From NCBI GenBank assembly GCA_028534125.1, contig CM052817.1:89964001-90028000 (forward strand): a stretch of 64,000 nucleotides of DNA, written 5' to 3'. Below are positions 39,931 through 53,885 of this stretch, piece by piece (the stretch's first letter is position 1; each line of letters starts with the position of its first letter). Both the position numbers and the translations under genes were made by a program. Origin of the DNA: Lama glama (Eukaryota). The notes under the pieces are model-generated. The model was not told where the DNA came from. It did not search any database and worked only from the letters and a program-made list of their open reading frames with translations.

Positions 39931-40253
39931 TAAAGGAATATGTCATCCATCCCTTTTGTCTGGATTACGTATTAGTTTGTTTCTTATTAGTTTACTTTTT
40001 TGACTAGTCAAGTTTCCATTCTGTATAGCCATTAAAACATTCAGTAAATATCTGTTTAGCATCTTCTATGTATCAGTATTGTGGTGGCCCCTTGTGAAGG
40101 AATAATAAAGGAGACAGTCGAAGTCTCTGCTACTGCAGAGCTTACGTTCTAATCTGGTGGGAATGGACTTCCTCCACTGACCCTGCAGCTTTACATTTCT
40201 AATCCAGAGACACAGGACAGACTCTGACACGGGAGAATATTCTAGTCATCCTT

Positions 40254-40760
40254 TGTGTCCTAGCTCAGGTTCCCTGGGAGCAAACCCTGAATGGTTTTTG
40301 TTCAAATTGTAATTTGTTAAAGAACCAGTCGTAGGAAAAACCACAAAAGGAGAGGACAGAGCAGGAAAGGGAAACAGAATAAGCCAAGTGAAACCTGCAG
40401 GCAAGGTCCCAGGCTCAGCTGAATCCCGCAGGGTGGCTCTGCGGGTGCACTGCATCTAAGAGTTACATTAGATGCAGCAGAGCTGGGCTTTCACGCTCGC
40501 GGATCAGTCGTCATCTTAACATGTTGATTACCACTTGGGTGACAGGTGTGTTTCCTCAGGGGCACCCGATCCACAAGCTGGGTGATCAGCATCTAAGTGT
40601 AAACTGCCAGGTACTCTGTTCTTTCTAAATCTGAGCAATGAAATTCCAGCAATGCAAGGGAAGTTTTGGTAAGAGATCAGCACAAGGTAGTCAGGGAAAG
40701 ATACACTGAAATGATAAAAGTTATCTTAAGAGATCTGGGATGAGCATGGAAACTGTCTCC
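40254..40760 (-). mobile_element. ERVL LTR, LTR33-like
   Basis: 'tgtgtcctagctcaggttccctgggagcaaaccctga', 'gagctgggctttcacgctc'. Confidence 0.6.
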
Positions 40761-41699
40761 TTAATTCATTGAGGATAAAAAAGATCAAGTATTCAAAATA
40801 TAAAAACTCTCAGAGTGAAAGTTAAGAACTAAGAATGTAAATACTGATTTAGACTTCCAGAAAGTAAAATATTTTGTAGCTCCAAAATAATTTCTGACCC
40901 AAAATATATTTATTACTGCATAGATTGTTTTAATCCTTTATTATTTACTTAGAGTTATTTAGTGATATGATATCATGATATAATAAGATACAGTTATTTA
41001 CTAATACATTATAATAGTATAATAAATTTCAAGTAGAATAAGGAATAATATCTATAGATGAAAGGATGGGGAAAGGAGGGGAGGGCATTCATTTTTGTAT
41101 ATACTAGATACAGATATTGCTTGTTCTTTTTCCAGTTTGGACTAGGCATGGATAATTCTCCTGATTATAATCAGCGTCACTTCTTTTTCTGCTACTGTTT
41201 GACCACTTTCCACCAGCTGGAAATTATTTACCTCTCCATAATCTATACACAGGCAAAATCATTGACTCCCTGATTTGATTTTACCCCCCTGGGTAGAGAT
41301 AGGGACCTCCAAGTATGTGTTTTATACATTTATTTACTTATTTTAACGGGGAGAAGTTTTGTAAATGTCAAGATAAGTTTAAATTGAGAAGTATTGATTG
41401 AATATAGAATATTTAGAAGGGGCATATAGCTGTCTTTATTGATTTCTAACTGTTTCTGCAGTATGGTAAGAAGAACCCATCTCAGTGGTAATATTAGAAA
41501 ATTCGTTTGATTTTCTAACAAAGGGCCGAACTTGTGTTCTTTGCTCTTTGTGGTTAAATGAATTAAACAGTCTTTCATGTCTGACCTTTCTGAATAAAAA
41601 TTATTCTTATTTGACCATTAATTTGTATCCATTAAATTAAAAAGTTGATATCGATAAAAATCAGCCATTTCATAGAACGAAGCATGAGCTTAGTGTGAC

Positions 41700-41702
<3 letters not shown>

Positions 41703-41755
<53 letters not shown>
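41703..41755. repeat. (TA)n microsatellite, about 26 units
   Basis: Directly visible. Confidence 0.97.
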
Positions 41756-41757
<2 letters not shown>

Positions 41758-41758
<1 letters not shown>

Positions 41759-42311
41759 GTATTAGTTATCTAAAGCTGCATAATAAATTGCTACAGTTTT
41801 TGTAGGTCAGCGATCCAGGTATGGCTTGCCTGGATCCTTTGCTTTAGCTACTCCCACAAGCTGCAATCCAAATGCCATGTTGGGCTGGGATCTCATCTGA
41901 GGCTCAAATGAGGAGGGGCTTATTTCTAAGCTTAAGTGTTTTTTTTGTTTTTGTTTTTGTTTCTGTTTCTGTTTTTTTGCCAGGATTCAGTCCATTGTGT
42001 CCTACCCAGTTAAGTACCTCAGCTCTTCCCTTACTGTCACTTAGAGCCTCCCTCAGTTCCTTGTCCCTTGGGCTTGTCTATTTGCCAGCTTACTTCATCA
42101 AAGCCAGCAAGAGTCAATAGAAAAGATCTGCTAAGAAGATGGAAGGCACAATCTTAGGCAATATAATCATGAAAATATTCCACGGTCTTTATCATGTTCT
42201 ATGGGTTAGCAACAAATCACAGATCCCACCCACACTAAGAGAGGATCTTACAGAAGCATGAACAACAGAAAGCAGGGGAAATTGGGAGCCATCCTGGAGC
42301 CTGTCCACACA
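41758..42311 (-). mobile_element. MaLR solo LTR, MLT1D-like
   Basis: 'tgtattagttatct...ctcatctgaggctcaaatgagg...cttacttcatcaaagccagcaag...ctgtccacaca'. Confidence 0.8.
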
Positions 42312-43374
42312 ATATTTTATGTGGTGAAATAATGCAAAAATGAAAATGAAATGAAAAAAATCATCCAATGAATAAAAGAGTTCTTTGTTCTAAGAGTTTG
42401 TAATCTAGTAATGAAAATATGACAATAAGCAGAAAGCATTGCAACACCTTAGTAATAGCTTATATGTTGACACATTCTCATTTCATTTGTGAAGCATGCA
42501 TAATGAGTATAATTCTGAGGAACTTAGCAGCACAAACATGCCACCTTACTTACCCAAAATGACTATTAGGCAAAGAAGGCCAGTTGACCAATGAATAGGC
42601 ACATGAGACCTGAAAAAGTATTATTGGGGAAAATTAAGAGATAGGAGCATCCATTACATCATTTCCCTGTTGCTCATCATACTCTGAAGCTGCACATAGT
42701 GGGACAAGAATTTGGATTCTGGAAGAGAGATCTAGTTCTCTGGGCTGGGAGCTTATATAGCTTCATATTAGAGGAAGCACATGCACTTCCACCAGCTTGA
42801 TTGAGAATGAAGTCCAAGACTTGAGCTTGCAGCTGTGTGATACGCTGTTCCAGTGGCTTCCAGACTCCATCCATCACCTCAGCACTTTGCTAGAATGGAT
42901 TGTCCTAGCACTGAAGTCTACAGCTGGTTTCAGTGGAGTAGATTTTAGTTCCCAAATATTCTGCAAGAAGCCAGTTCCCTCTTGGATAAGTTCATCCTTA
43001 ACTCTGAGTCAACACCCCAGATTCCAAAGGATGGCCTGTGTATCTCCTACCCCATCACCGCCCCTTGCTGTTTCAGCCCATGTTAGTTATTTGCTGATAT
43101 TGCAGTGATGCAGCATTCTCACTGATACACATGAGTCTGAGTTCAGTGTAAAAGCAGGTTATTTAGTTCATGTTTAGATGTTTCCATATGATCTATATTT
43201 CTTCTATATAATTCTATTTATGGAAGAATATTTTAATTTTAGACGTTTTTATCATTTTTCTATAAAATTGTTAATCACCTAACTCTTCTACTTTTCCTCT
43301 ACATTCTGTCTCTTTAATAAGACTCCACAATTTCTTCCAAAAGAAATGCTCTAATTTAACTTGAAAAATACATA

Positions 43375-43877
43375 TGGATGGTCCTCAACTTGTGATGGTT
43401 CAATTTGAAAAGTCAATTTTTCGACTTCACAATGGTGCAAAAGTGATAGGCATTCAGTAGACACCATACTTTGAATTTTGAATTTTGATCTTTCCCTGGC
43501 TAGTGATGTGTGGTACAATACTCTCTTGTGCTGTTGGCAGTCACAGCCACAGCTCTGGTCAGCCACGTGACCAGGGGGTAAACACTCCAGACATATACAA
43601 CCATTCTCTACCTGGACAACCATTTTGTTTTTCACTTTCAGTACAGTTTTCAAACCATTACATGAGTTATTCAACACTTTATTATGAAACAGACTTTGTG
43701 TTAGGTGCATTTGCTCAACTGTAGGCTGATGTAAATGTTATGAGTGCATTAAGGTAGGCAAGGCTAAGCTGTAATGTTTGGTTGGTTAGATGTATTGAAT
43801 GCATTTTGGCTTACAATATTTTCAATTTACAATAGGTTTATTGGGACATAACTCCATCGTAAGTCAAGGAAGATCTG
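43375..43877 (+). mobile_element. TcMar-Tigger non-autonomous element, MER47B-like
   Basis: TA target duplication on both sides; TIR-like ends 'gatggtcctcaactt' and 'aagtcaaggaagatctg'; 'ttttcactttcagtacagt'. Confidence 0.85.
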
Positions 43878-45486
43878 TATCTTTAATTTTTCATCTCATT
43901 TTTTTCATAACTCTAGATAATGCTTTTTAATATATTTTATTGAGTGGGGTTATCTTATAGGTAGGAGTATTTTATTTTGAAGTTTTGTATGTTTCTGATG
44001 AATAATTCTGTTTTTAGTTGGTCCAGGAGTTATGCTACTTACTCCAAGTTCTGTTGGAAGCCAGTAATACTAGAAGAGTGTTCCAATATATTTCTTTTTT
44101 TGTCTTTTCTAAAGGTTAATGGTCTAGTTTCTGAAATAGCCATTTAGGAAATGTTAACTTCATGCTAATTCAAATTATTCTCCAAAAATCTGCCCTGAAA
44201 TAACCTCTTGCCATTTTTATTCTACATCTGGAAGAAAATAAAAATGCTGAGATTCCCATGGTGGATCTTGCAAATGGCAAAAAGTGCATTACTAAACTGG
44301 CTAAAATAGTTTTTTTGTTTGTTTTTTGTTTTTTGCCAGAGCTGCTTTGGCAGATATCTTGACTAACTTTTTAACTGGAAGAAGTTAAAAATAACCATCA
44401 GTGCACAGACTCAACATTTTTGCCTTGGTATTTGTGTCAGAAGAAAATAAACCCACTTAGAAAACAAAGAAATATGTAATATGGAGCCTGTGGTTTGAAT
44501 GATGAAAACGGCAGCTTAGAAGTTACAAAACTGCAAGAACTGGTGGCCCAGGGCTGGTTTGGTGTATAAATTTAAAACTTAGGTTCTTTGAAAATTCATT
44601 AAAAAGCGATAAATGGATAGTGATCTTTTCACAAAGTTTCAGGAATCCAAAATATCAAAATAAAATATTGCCTGAGGGGAAAAGATTAAATTTTCCAGAT
44701 GCCTTAGCATTAAAATATTAGAGTAGGGAGGCAAAGGTTTTAACAATAATTGCTAACACTCTTTTCTCTACTGTTAGACAATTTGTATTCTTCAGACATT
44801 TTCTGTCCCATTCTAAAGGCTAAATTCATTAAGCTCTACTCATTTTCTTTAAGCAAAAAATAGGATATGCATAATGTTTAGTTATTATTTCCTTCAAAGT
44901 ATTGCTGCTTACATAATGTGTAGTGTTCTCAAAAAGCAATTAATGAGCCTTGGCGAACAACATTCTTTCAGTCAGTGCTTTCCAAAGTGTCCTAGACCAT
45001 GTCTCATTTTGAAAAACAGACAACAAAGATTAAAAAGTAAAACCTAGTGTTCTCTTATAATGCTTTGAGATTTCTAATTAGAATAAATGTTGTTATTACA
45101 AACAAATAAAAGGAAACAAATGTGGACCCCTCTGTTAAATCAAAAATCTGTTATATTCCCCCAACTCATCTGTCCCAACCTGGTACTCCTGGAGAAGAAA
45201 CATTATGAGACTACTGTTTCCCTGGGTTTCTCATATTAGGTATATAACTCTAAACTACAGAGATAACTTGTGTTCTTCATAATTTAGATATCTACATATC
45301 ATAGCACCAGGATAGATTCTGTGGGATGGACAGATAGTCAGAGAGCACCTGGAGCAAATCTCTGAGGTGTGCTAAGACTCCGTTGGTGTGTAGGAGAGAA
45401 TACACGAAGAAAATTTACTTACGGAAAAGATGTACTTGGAGAAACTATGAGACCTTAGAATGTTGTGATTAGATGGTTGCAGGGTT

Positions 45487-45690
45487 GCAGTGGTTTTAAA
45501 TAGGTCCACAAATTATTTGATGCTCCTTCTTTCAAGGAGTAGAATCTAATTCCCCTCCTCTTAAGTGTGGCTGGACTAACTGATTTGCTTCTTTTTTTTT
45601 TACTGTATGTTTGTATTGAAGTATAGTCAGTTTACAATGTTGTGTCAATTTCTGGTGTACAGCAGTACTCTAATGATGTAATATGGCAGT
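45487..45690 (+). mobile_element. MLT1F-like LTR 5' fragment interrupted by a ~75-bp antisense L1 tail (45591-45665)
   Basis: 'tgcagtggttttaaataggtccacaaattatttgat...tttgcttc' resumes as 'tctaatgatgtaatatggcag' after a poly-T L1 3' end. Confidence 0.7.
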
Positions 45691-45694
45691 GTAT

Positions 45695-46138
45695 TAACAA
45701 TAAATTTCAATGCATAAACAGTATAAAACATGTAAATTATGATTGGAAAAGCATAAAATGGAGAGAAGGAGTAAGAGGGGAGAACTTTTGTATGCAAGTG
45801 AAGTTAAATGATCAGTTTAACATAGACTGTATTTCTATAAGATGTTTTATGTAAACCTAGTGATAAACACACAGAAAATCTACATAGATACACAAAAGAT
45901 AAAGAGAAGGAAATTGAAGACTATCACCATGGGAAATTATCAAATCACAAAGGAAGACAGCAAGAGAGGAAAAAAGAAACAAAGGAACTATTCAACAGCC
46001 AGAAAACAGTAAAGGAGATGGCTTTAGTAAGTCCTTACCTATCAATAATTATTTAGTTGGGGATCTAAAGTACATAATGTTGATTATAACTAATTATACT
46101 GTAGTGTATGCCTACCTGTTTCTAAGAGAGTAGATCTT
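45695..46138 (+). mobile_element. Older L1 fragments (region upstream of ORF2 joined to an L1MA-type 3'UTR); continues at 48087-48275
   Basis: 'gtaagtccttacctatcaataatta', then 'taagagagtagatctt' continuing as 'aaatgttctcaccacac' after the nested insertion. Confidence 0.75.
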
Positions 46139-48086
46139 TTTTTAAATTTTATTTATTTCTATTTTTATTTTATTGAGGTATAGTCAGTTTACAATGTTGT
46201 GTCAATTTCTGGTCTACAGCACAATTCTTCTGTCATACATGAATATACATATATTCATTTTCATATTCTTTTTCACCATAAGCTATTAGAAGATAATTGA
46301 AAATATTTTCCTGTGCTATACAGTATAAACTTGTTCATCTATTTTATATATACCAGTCAGTATCTGAAAATCTCAAACTCTCAGTTTTTCCCTTCCCACT
46401 CCCCTCCCCTCTGGCAACTGCAAGTCTGTATTCTATGTCTGTGAGTCTATTTATGTTTCATATGTAAGTTTATTAGTCTTTTTTTTTTAGATTCCACATA
46501 TGTGAGTGATGTCATATGGTATTTTTTTTTCTCTCTCTGGCTTACTTCACTTAGAATGACATTCTCCAGGGCCATCCATATTGCCGCAAATGGTATGATT
46601 TTATATTGTTTATGGCTAAGTAGTATTCCATTGTATAAATAAACGACAGCCTCTTTATCCATTCATCTGTTGATGGACATTTAGGTTGTTTCCATGTCTG
46701 GACTATTGCAAACAACACTGCTATGAACATTGGAGTACCGGTGTCTTTTTGAATTAGGGTTCCCTCTGGATATATGCCCAGGAGTAGGATTACTGGGTCA
46801 TATGGTAAGTCTAGTTTTAGTCTTTTGAGGAATCTCCATACTGTTTTCCACAATGGCTATACCAAACTGCATTCCTATCAACAGTGTAGGAGAGTTTCCT
46901 TTTCTCCACACTCTCTCAAGCATTTATGATTTGTGGAATTTTGAATGATGGCCATTCTGACTGCTGTGAGGTGATACCTCATTGTAGTTTTGATTTGCAT
47001 TTCTCTGATAATTAGTGATATTGAGCAATTTTTCATGTGCCTATTGGTCATTCATATGTCTTCATTGGAGAATTGATTTTTTGGGTCTTCTGCCTGTTTT
47101 TGGATTGGGTTGTTTGTTTTTTTCTTACCAAGTCATATAAGCTGTTTATATATTCTGGAAATCAAGCCTTTGTCAGTTTCATCTTTTGCAAATATTTTCT
47201 CCCATTCCGTAGGTTGTTGTTTTGTTTTCCTTATGGTTTCCTTTGCTGTGCAAAAGCTTGTAAGTTTAATTAGGTCCCATTTGTTTATTTTTGCTTTTAT
47301 TTCTATTGCTTGGGTAGACTGCTCTTGAAGAATATTGCTGAGATGTATGTGAGATAATGTTTTGCCTATGTTTTCTTCTAGGAGGTTTATTGTGTCTTAT
47401 GTTTAAGTCTTTAAGCCATTTTGAGTTTATTTTTGTGTATGGTGTGAGGGAGTATTCTAACTTCATTGATTTACATGTAGCTGTCTAGTTTTCCCAACAC
47501 CATTTGCTGGAGAAACTGTCTTTATTGTATGTTCATTATATGTTCTTGCCTCCTTTGTCAAAGATTAATTGACTAAAAGTTTGTGGGTTCATTTCTAGGC
47601 TCTCTGTTCTATTTCATTGATCCCTATGTCTGTTTTTGTACTAATACCGTGGTGTTTTGACTACTGTAGCTCTGTAGTATTATCTGAAGTCTGGGGGGAT
47701 TATTCAGCTTTGTTCTTTTTCTTCAGTAGTGCTTTGGCAATTTTGGGTCTTTTGTGATTCCATATAAATTTTAATATGATTTGTTCTAGTTCTGTGAAAT
47801 ATGTTCTGGGTAATTTGATAAGGATCACATTGAATCTGTAGATTGCCTTGGGCGGTATGGCCATTTTAACAATATTGATTCTTCCAATCCAGGAGCATGG
47901 GATAGCTTTCCATTTTTTTACATCTTTTTAAATTTTGTTCATCAGTGTTTTGTAGTTCTCCATGTATAAGTCTTTCACCTCGTTGGTTAGATTTATTCCT
48001 AGCTATTTTATTACCTTGGGTGCTATTTTTAAATGGATTGCCTCTTTACTTTCTTTTCCTGTTGATTTATTGTTAGTGTAAAGAAT
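46139..48086 (-). mobile_element. Young 5'-truncated L1 (~1.95 kb) with 11-bp TSD gagtagatctt
   Basis: ORF2 C-terminal remnants [19 protein letters not shown] and [16 protein letters not shown]; poly-T head; TSD at 46128-46138 and 48087-48097. Confidence 0.95.
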
Positions 48087-48400
48087 GAGTAGATCTTAAA
48101 TGTTCTCACCACACACATGAAAAAATGGTAATGATATGATGGGAGGGAGGTATTAGTTAATGCTACGGTAGTGATCATTTTACAATATATAAATATATCA
48201 AAATACATTGTACACCTCAAACTTATAAAATGCTACATGTCAATTATATCTCAATAAAACTTGGGGGAAAAGTAATAAGAAACAAAAATCAAGTTCATGT
48301 TTTGATGAAAGAGAGACATTTGTAACCTCAAACCATAAATTATGAAGAAAGTACCATTTTTCCCAAAGTTAGAAAGGCAAATAGAAATTTGCTAAGATCC

Positions 48401-48820
48401 TGTAGTTGACTGAATAGTGACCCTAAAAACAATATGTTCACTCAGACCCTATGAATGTAACCTTATTTGGAAAAAGTGTTTTTGCAGATGTAATAAATTA
48501 AGGATCTCAAGATGAGATTAGAGTGGGCACTAAATCCAGTGACAGCTGTCCTTTTTTTCAAATAAGGGGGGTGAAGACAAGGAAGAGAAGTTCATGTGAA
48601 GATAAAGGTTTAGACTGGACTTAGGTTGCCACCAGCCAAGAAAGGCCAGGGGTCACCAGAACCTGAAAGAGGCAAGGAAGTGCTCTTCTCAAGAGCTTTC
48701 AGAGGAAGCATGATGCTGCTGACATCTTGGTTCCAGATTTCTGGCCTACATTACTATAAAATAATTTATTTCTGTTGCTTTAAGCCACAAGTTTGTAGTA
48801 ATTTTTTATGGCAGCCCCTT
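48401..48820 (+). mobile_element. MaLR LTR, MLT1B/C-like
   Basis: 'tgaatgtaaccttatttggaaaaagtgtttttgcagatgtaat...taaggatctcaagatgagat', 'tgctttaagccacaagtttgtagtaattt'. Confidence 0.85.
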
Positions 48821-48949
48821 GCTCTTAAAATTCAGAAAAAGAAGCAAAGCACATTCACCAAATAATAGCCCACTCTGTGAACAGTTTACCAGTCAAACAA
48901 TAAAACAGTTTGGAAACTTGATTGAAAAGTGAGACCTTAGAGGAACTGC

Positions 48950-51900
48950 TTTGGATGAAAGCCTAAATTACTGTTGGTACTTTAAATGAAGACAGACTAA
49001 AGATATGCAAGTCTTTTTCTTAATGATAATATGATGAGAATTCAGAAGGAAATAAAATAGGAAAATGCAAAGCACAGGAAAAAAGCCTAGAAAAACACAA
49101 ACATAGATCCACACATATTCAAAACCACCAAAAAATGAATCCTCATTGGATTCAGCAATTAATGAATTATATATTGCCGAAAACAGTCATTGACATGGGG
49201 GATAAAACTGGGCAAATACTAGTGGATGAATAATAAAATGAAGACAAAGAGTTTTTAAAAATAGAGAACAATGAATGATAAAAAAACACAGGCAGTGGTA
49301 TTCCATTTTGCAAAATTGGTGTCCCAAAAGGAAGATGAATTGATTACTAGAAAAGAAAACAGTAAAACTATTCTAAGATAAAATAAAACTTTACAAAATA
49401 AAATAAAATAATGTAAACTTTCTAAAAATAAAAGATGTGAATCTGTAGGGGATTAAAAAGTCACCTATAGCAAGAAAAACTAACACAGAACAGTCAATAC
49501 ATGAATACTGAAATACAGCCTGGTAAATTTTACTGCACTTTAAATAAATAAAAGAAAAAAAATTTTAGGAATCTAAGCATAAAAAGTCAAGTCATATGTA
49601 AAGGAACAGAATTATTCTGATTTCCCTATTCCTTGTCACATCATTTAACTCTGGAAACAGGAGAGCATGTTTACAAAGCCTTCAAAGTAGGAATGGACAA
49701 TGTACATATTCTGTGTCAATTTACGTAAGTATCCAGGCAACTATGGGAAAATAAGTGACAGTGGACATTAATTTACCTGAACAACTACGATAAAAACAAA
49801 TATGGAGAATATGACAATAGGATGAAAACATTATATGCTCTGAAAACATAGAAATGGCATAACTAAAATTATACTATGAGGAAAACAATGGAATTAAGGT
49901 GAATGAGATGATTATCTAATCTTTTATAAATACAAGTTAAATAAGCCATGTAATGGTATAAAGTTATAAGTGTATACTTTAATGTATAAAGCTAAACAAC
50001 AACATAGGGGAAGAAGGAATTAAAGGGAGAGAAAAGGAAGTACAAACACTGAATTATGCCATTGCTCATAGCAGGAAGTTAATAGACATTGTCAAAGAAA
50101 GAGGATTAAATTTCTTATACAAAGATAGTATCATAAATGTATAAAAAAACAGGAATAAAAGAAAAATAAAACTAATATCAAAAATTACAAAAAGAAACAA
50201 TAAATAGGTTAACGTAAACATAGAATTTCAAGAGCGAAGGGAAAAAAAAATTCATACCACTAAATGCAAATGGACTACACTTATTTATTAAAATAATAAA
50301 ATTCTCAGACTGGACCTCAGAGCACAATATGGTATAATAAGAAAACATTCTTAACACAAAAATATTTATACTGATTAGAAATTAATAAATGGGTAAAGAC
50401 ATACTAGGCAATTATCTATGCACCAAAAAAAAGAAAAAGTTTCAACATTAATGGAGCTAAATCTACAGAAAAAACAGAAATAGAATCCCATAGTAATAGT
50501 AAATTTTTAGGCACTTTCAATAATATGAACATTATAATATATTCTATATTAAATGAACATGTAAATATGTGTGTGTGTATTTCCAAAGGATGAGAGAATA
50601 CATATTTTTTCAAATTCCTAAGTAATATTCACAAATTGACCTTATATTGGGCCCTAAAGAACAGCTTAATAAATTCCAGATTAAAAATAATATGACCTCA
50701 ATGCAATAAAGTAAAAACTAATAAGAATGATTTTTCTGCCAGGAAATGAAAATTTTCTATTATGCATCTCTTATATAAAATAGGAAATCAAACTAAAATT
50801 GTAAATGATTCAGAAAATTATGTCAGTTAAAAATATATTTTTAAATCTATGAAAAACACAGCTAAAATAGTGCACAGAGGAAACGTAATATATATTAAAA
50901 ACAGTGTGCTTTCAATTTTTCGATGTTTGGAACAAGAGAAACAAATGGAAGAAAAGAGTGAGTCATAAAAATAAAAGCAAAAATTAATTAAGCATAAAGA
51001 GTTAAATATTAGTAAATAAAGCCTATTGCCCTGTTTGTTGCAAATAAAATTGATAACATGAATAAAAAGAACAGTTATTTAATTTTATCAATGACAATAG
51101 TGAAATTGCCACAAATACTATAGAAATTAGTAGAATTCCAAATAACTAATCTTTTCAAATCCTTGCAATTTAGTTTGAGAACATGGATGAAATAAATGCT
51201 TTCCTTGTAAAATATAAATCACCAAAACTGACCCCAGAAAGTGGGTCTGGAAAACTACACTCATGATTTACCATTCAAAAGTTAAGGTTGTCTAATAGCT
51301 ATTGCCCGATGCTTTCTCAAAGGAATTCTTCCCAAGCTTTAAGTAATAGATAACTGCAGTTAAACTTCAGTTGTTCAAAGCATAAGAAAAAAGAAAAAGA
51401 AAAAGAAAATTTCCTACCTCTTTTAGAATTAGGGTGCATCACATTGATAACAAAATTCCATTAAAGATATACACACAAAAGAAAACCACAGGAAATTCAA
51501 ATATATTAAAATAAAAATATTTTTAAAATAACTAGCAAAATTCAGCTGTTTATTTAACAAATAATAAAGCAAATGCAGTTTATTCCTGGAACGTTAGTGT
51601 GGTTATATAGCAGGATAGCTATAACTATAAATCAACACATTTAGCAAGTCAAAAGAGACAATCATACATATCTTCCTATAAAGAAATTCTCTTAATAAAA
51701 TTTAACTCCTATTCTTGATTTTTAAAATCATAATAGTGTCTATATGACCCTGTTTATACATATGGAAAAATAGCATGTATATTCTAATTGAGAAAACATT
51801 AATAACATTTTCTGAGAAATCAATAATGAAGCAACAAAATTTGCTGTCAACATTTTGATTATAAAATTTTCCAGAGGCATTAGCCAATGATTTTGGGGAA

Positions 51901-52490
51901 TACATTGAGAAATAAATTTAGAAACCAAAATTGAAACGTAGAATTTTAAATTGTCATTACTTGAGAATAATAATTTTTTTTTCCCTTGCAAAACCTAGAA
52001 GGATCAGTTGGAAGACTATTATAAATAATAAGACAAAGCAGTTACAGGGCTGGGTGCAGAACTGATACATGTGGAATAAATGGGCTTCTTATAGGGATGA
52101 TAACTAGGTATAAGAATAAAACACCAAAAGATAAAATACAAAGCTTAACAGGTAGCATGTAAAATCTATGAAGAAAACCTTACATGCCACAGAGAAACAC
52201 AGAGGAAGACTTCAGTGCAAGGAAAGACACATTCTTGGAAAAAAAATTGGAACATCATAGGAATGTCAGTTCTCCCTCAAATTAATCTATAAATTTAATG
52301 TGATCCTAGTAAAAATACCAACAGTATATTTTTGGAAACTAGACAAACTGGTGCCAGTGTTAAAATAGGAATAAAATAGAAATGTCCTAAAAATAGACAA
52401 AAAGAGAAAGAAAGGGAGAGAATTATCATTCTCTATAGCTTTATCATTTTACACTTGTAATAATTAAAACAGCATGATACCAAATAGAAA
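48950..52490 (+). mobile_element. Long, highly degraded L1ME-like element (ORF1 to ORF2 remnants)
   Basis: A-rich sense strand with L1 motifs 'taaatgcaaatggact', 'atggatgaaataaatgctttcctt...aaaactgacc', 'atgtcagttctccctcaaattaatctataaatttaatg'. Confidence 0.75.
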
Positions 52491-53860
52491 GACAATTTAT
52501 GTACTGTCATGCTTTACAAGGTTGATATTTTTACATGGTTTTATTTGTTTCATTTGTTAATTTGAAACTAATCAATTGCTCAACGTCATATAACTCATTT
52601 TTATGTTTTTAGTCTAAGGATTAAAAAAACACAGTTGAGGTGGACAAAATATATACAAGCTGAAGGAGAACATTCATCAGCAGTAGCTTTTTGCCTACAC
52701 TAGAACTAAATAAAATGAGAAAAGTGTGGAGTCAAGTAGAGGTATGATTAAATCAATTTTTTTTTCTCATAGAAGAGGGTGATATTCAGGATATGAGATC
52801 CTGGAGAGTGGTTAACTTTTTGAAGGCAGGTTAACAGAAAAAAAGAAAATTGAAAACCATTGAGAATAAAAATCAAATTTCTTTAAGAAAAGTTTTTCTA
52901 TCATAAAGTGGATTATTCTGAGTCACATTCTAAACCACCATAAAAACTGTGAGTAATTAGTGAGTATTTTTGAATTTGGATATTTTCATGGAAACTCAGA
53001 GTGTTAAATATCAACAGAGATTTTTCATACTACATGAGAAGAAAGCTTCTCTTCACAGTAAAAGAAATTATGGAGTTGAGAGATTCTTTCTATGGAAAAC
53101 CAGATAGTCTATAAATCATTTGCTTTATGTGTTCCTTCATCTTGGACATTAGTATAATGTCTGGCCTGTCTTTGCTTTTATCAAACTGGATACATTATAA
53201 TAAAAATGAGGGGTATGGAGGAAGAGACTATACCTTTGTTTAGCTATTTTTTTTATTTGCTTGTTTGTTTTCATAAAAAAGCTAGTGCTGTGAATCACAA
53301 ACCTTCAACAATGACTCACCCAGCATAAGAGGAAGGTTTCTGCAAACACTTCCCAGTGGGGAGTAGCATCTCTGTTAACTTCATGTGCAACGCCTAGTAT
53401 GCTAGGGCAGGTTGGATGCCTAAGGCTATACACACTATAACAGTGTGTATATTACACTGTACACACACACACACACACACACATGCTGTATGATCAGGCC
53501 ACCAGGATAGCTGTTTTCTTGCTCTCTCTGTCCATCCCCCGCTCTACCACTGGACCAGTGTCTGCTTCACCAATACCCCACTCACATAACTGACCTTCCT
53601 ACATACTTGCCTCTGGCCCAAGGTAGTGATTGTTCTAACCTTTAGATCAGAACATCTTCACCATGATAGCTTATCAGAGGGGCAGTGAGGGGCGTGCCTT
53701 TCTGCTGGTTTCCCTGGTAACCTATAGCACACCTGATGTCAATTCCCCTTATTACTGCTAATCTCCCCCTCCCCCTGGGAGCGAAGGCTGTGGTCAGGTC
53801 CTGCTGGCTGGCTGCTGCTCATGGTGTTCCGGAAGTCACTCCAGGACCTTGCGTCAGACA

Positions 53861-53885
53861 TATAAGCTCCCTCTTATCCATTAAA
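53861..53885 (+). promoter_or_regulatory. 5' LTR TATA-like box (tataag) and polyA signal (attaaa)
   Basis: tataag at 53861 and attaaa at 53880; the 3' LTR has tgtaag at 57622 and attaaa at 57639. Confidence 0.65.
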
